Shown piece after piece: positions 61,611 through 64,000 of a stretch of 64,000 nt of DNA (its first letter is position 1; every line of letters starts with the position of its first letter). Source of the stretch: Camelus ferus. Taxonomy: Eukaryota. The notes beneath the pieces were generated by a model, which was not told the DNA's origin, ran no database searches, and saw only the letters and a list, made by a program, of their open reading frames with translations. Position numbers and translations under genes: made by a program. Where the stretch lies: contig NC_045696.1 of assembly GCF_009834535.1 (NCBI RefSeq), forward strand, positions 12,092,001-12,156,000, read 5' to 3'.

Positions 61611-64000
61611 AGAAAATCAATATAAAAAGATGATCAGCTGAGGGCCAGTTTTCATTGGTCTGTGGCAAGTGGCTTCAGCAATGCTGGGTTCTTTCTCGCT
61701 TTTAACCTGTGCCCTTCAGGAGAGTTTCTTCCCCTTTCCACCCTGACTCCCACCTGCCCCGCAGGTCAGAGCCCCTTTGCCTTTGCTGGATTCACTGGGA
61801 GTTTGAGGCTGGAATGCCGTTTTGTGGCTCTTCAGTCTCTAGGTTTGCGTCTCCTCCTGTCCCTCTCAGAGACGTAGGTTATCAGATGGTGCTGTGCTTG
61901 AACTTGGGACCGCCTTACAGACGGCTCCGAGACATTGGTTATCACAGCAGTCTTCATCAACTTGAAGTGTCCACCTTTCCTCCTCGGTCAGCCCTCAGAA
62001 GCCTGCCTTGAAAGCAAATGGTGTCTTTCCTCGGCATCTTACCTAGGAAGCCCTGCAGTGCCCGTGGACTGACCTCCCTCTGGTGGACGTTGCCCACCTA
62101 AGATTCATGACCCCACCTGAAAAACTGAGGCTTTGGAGGAAGGGACTGAACACAGGTGCTTCAGTTAAAAAGGCAAGTACATCTGACAAGGTACATGTAA
62201 ATGCTCCAAGGTGTTGCATAAACACACTCTTGTCTTCCAGAGATGACCCGCTTCGGGGTGCTTTCTGCTCTACCATTTAATCTACTCTGCCCTTTCCTTT
62301 GACCTGCGGTAGACTTAGCAGTGCTCCCAACCAATCAGAAAGGACCAACTGAAGTTCATTTCTTGAATGATGACAATTTAGGAATTCTTGCTTTTGGGTG
62401 GTTGGAAATGGATGCAAATCGATCCCAGAGTTTCTGACTGGAGGAGGCAAATTTGAAAAATTGACATTTCTATTTGGGAAGCCTCTCAAGCCTTCCCCAG
62501 CTCCTGGGGTGAGGTGAGGGAGCTGTGTGTGGCTGGCGCAGTGTGGTCCAGCAGACCAAACTGGGCGCTAGTCAGATCTGTTTTTGAACCTGGCAGTGTG
62601 GTCTTGGGTGGTTTATCTTACCTCTGAGATCTTCGATGCCCTCAATTACCAAGTGAGGGAGGGGATGCCTTCCATGAAGGAGCTGCGTCAGCATTACGTA
62701 AGACGATGGATGTAAGGCAGCCTGTGTAGTACGTGGTACCCAGCTCATCCCTCCTGTCCCCTTCCCCCCGCCAAGCACAGACGCGCCATATCCCCGAGGT
62801 CCTGCAGTTTTTATTCCCTTCCTCACTCACATCCAAATCTGCTCATAGGAAGGTTTTAGGTCGGGACAGGTGGGCAGGAGGTAGCGGAGGTGGGCAGGGA
62901 AGGAGGCTGTGAGGACCCTTCACAGTCACGGTGAGTTACTGCTGGGTGTTGCCCGGTTACCCAGGGTTCACAGAAGTTAATCTCTAATTGTAAAATCAAA
63001 GGCTTTTTTGCTCCAGTTTCTGGAATGGTGGGAGCTGGGGACGGAGGGCTTTCCCAGCTCTGGGATCACATCCCCCTCTGTTTCCTTTGTCACCTACACC
63101 TGTACTTAACTGTGTCCCAAAAGAGAAGCCTTCCAGACCTTTTTTTTTTTTTTTAAATCAACTTGGGAGATAGCTGAATGGAGGCGAAGCTTCATTGTTC
63201 TCCTATTGAGGTAAAAACAAAAACAAAGACAAAAACAAAGAAATTCTCAGATTCACCAGTTGTGCTGCAATGGAATGAGTCCTGTTTTGGAACAAGAACT
63301 GGTTGGTCTGTCCACTTTCTTGAGCCTCAGTTTCCTCATTGGTAACAAGGCAGGGCATCATTCTGTCCCAGTTTACCACTGAGGATACTGAATGAGAAAG
63401 CAGATGAAAAAGCACTTACAAATTGTGAAGTGCTGAAGTCTCAAACATCATCGATACCTTGCCTGCAGCCTGGACAGACACTGCCTCCAGGAAGAGGAGT
63501 GAGAACGGGTCACTGTTTCCAGTGCGACAAGAAGCAAGGCCCTTACCTAGTTAATTTCGTGTTCAGTACATTCTGCTCTTTTTTCATGTCAGCAAAGCTA
63601 TTATTTTGTACAGCACTTCCCTGAAGCCTAGAAGAATGGTTTAGAGATGCTGACAGGAGTCAAATTTAATCACCGACTTTGAGCCGAAAAGATGGGGTAA
63701 TTCAGTGACTAATTGGTCAGAACTGGGATGAAGTCATAGAAAACTGTGTCACAAGATAAAATGAAGGTTTTGATTTGTTCTTTCATTTTTCTCTTGGTTT
63801 AATTTTAAGAACACAAAATGATAGGAATTATTAATCAAATGAGCATTGGCTTTCAGGCTGTTCTCCTAGAAAGCCTCAGTTATCACGGATGTTCTTAGGG
63901 TCTCGGGTGTTTTGGGTCCAAATTTGTCAGTTGTAAGTGAAAGAAGGTTAATCAACTCAAATTAATGAAAAAAGGACATGTTTACCCCACTCAAACTGGA

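Noticed and set aside
1..64000. A novel multi-gene system, CRISPR array, rRNA/snoRNA/miRNA gene or horizontally acquired insert
   Set aside because: I saw no long ORFs, repeat-spacer arrays or recognisable structured RNAs. Composition is mammalian intron/intergenic throughout. An Rfam/Infernal scan would be needed to exclude small RNAs formally.

Overview
Mammalian genomic DNA, most likely a camelid, judging from several copies of a tRNA-Ala-derived SINE that resembles the camelid vic-1 family. Bases 1-~47,200 lie inside TIAM1 (Rac1 guanine-nucleotide exchange factor) on the + strand. Eight GT-AG coding exons (982 nt, 327 codons plus 1 nt) splice into one continuous frame covering the PDZ domain, the linker and the N-terminal part of the DH domain (about residues 832-1158 in human numbering, from recall). 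The introns are full of L1, SINE, MIR, MaLR/ERV LTR and DNA-transposon remnants. The most interesting signal is a CpG-rich, CCAAT-containing segment at ~30.85-31.45 kb. It ends in a 30-codon ORF (MMSALWKIKRKPRTENNGKSGDSVYRSLRV) with a phase-0 donor that splices in frame onto the first DH-region exon, so it is a candidate internal promoter and first exon for a short DH-PH TIAM1 isoform. A 100-N gap at 47,199-47,298 interrupts an LTR. I could not find the expected next TIAM1 exons in the 16.7 kb after it, which suggests a large gap or a scaffold misjoin. There are no prokaryotic features, CRISPR arrays or rRNA genes, and no wholly new system that I can support. Repeat boundaries are approximate and family names come from recall, not from a search.
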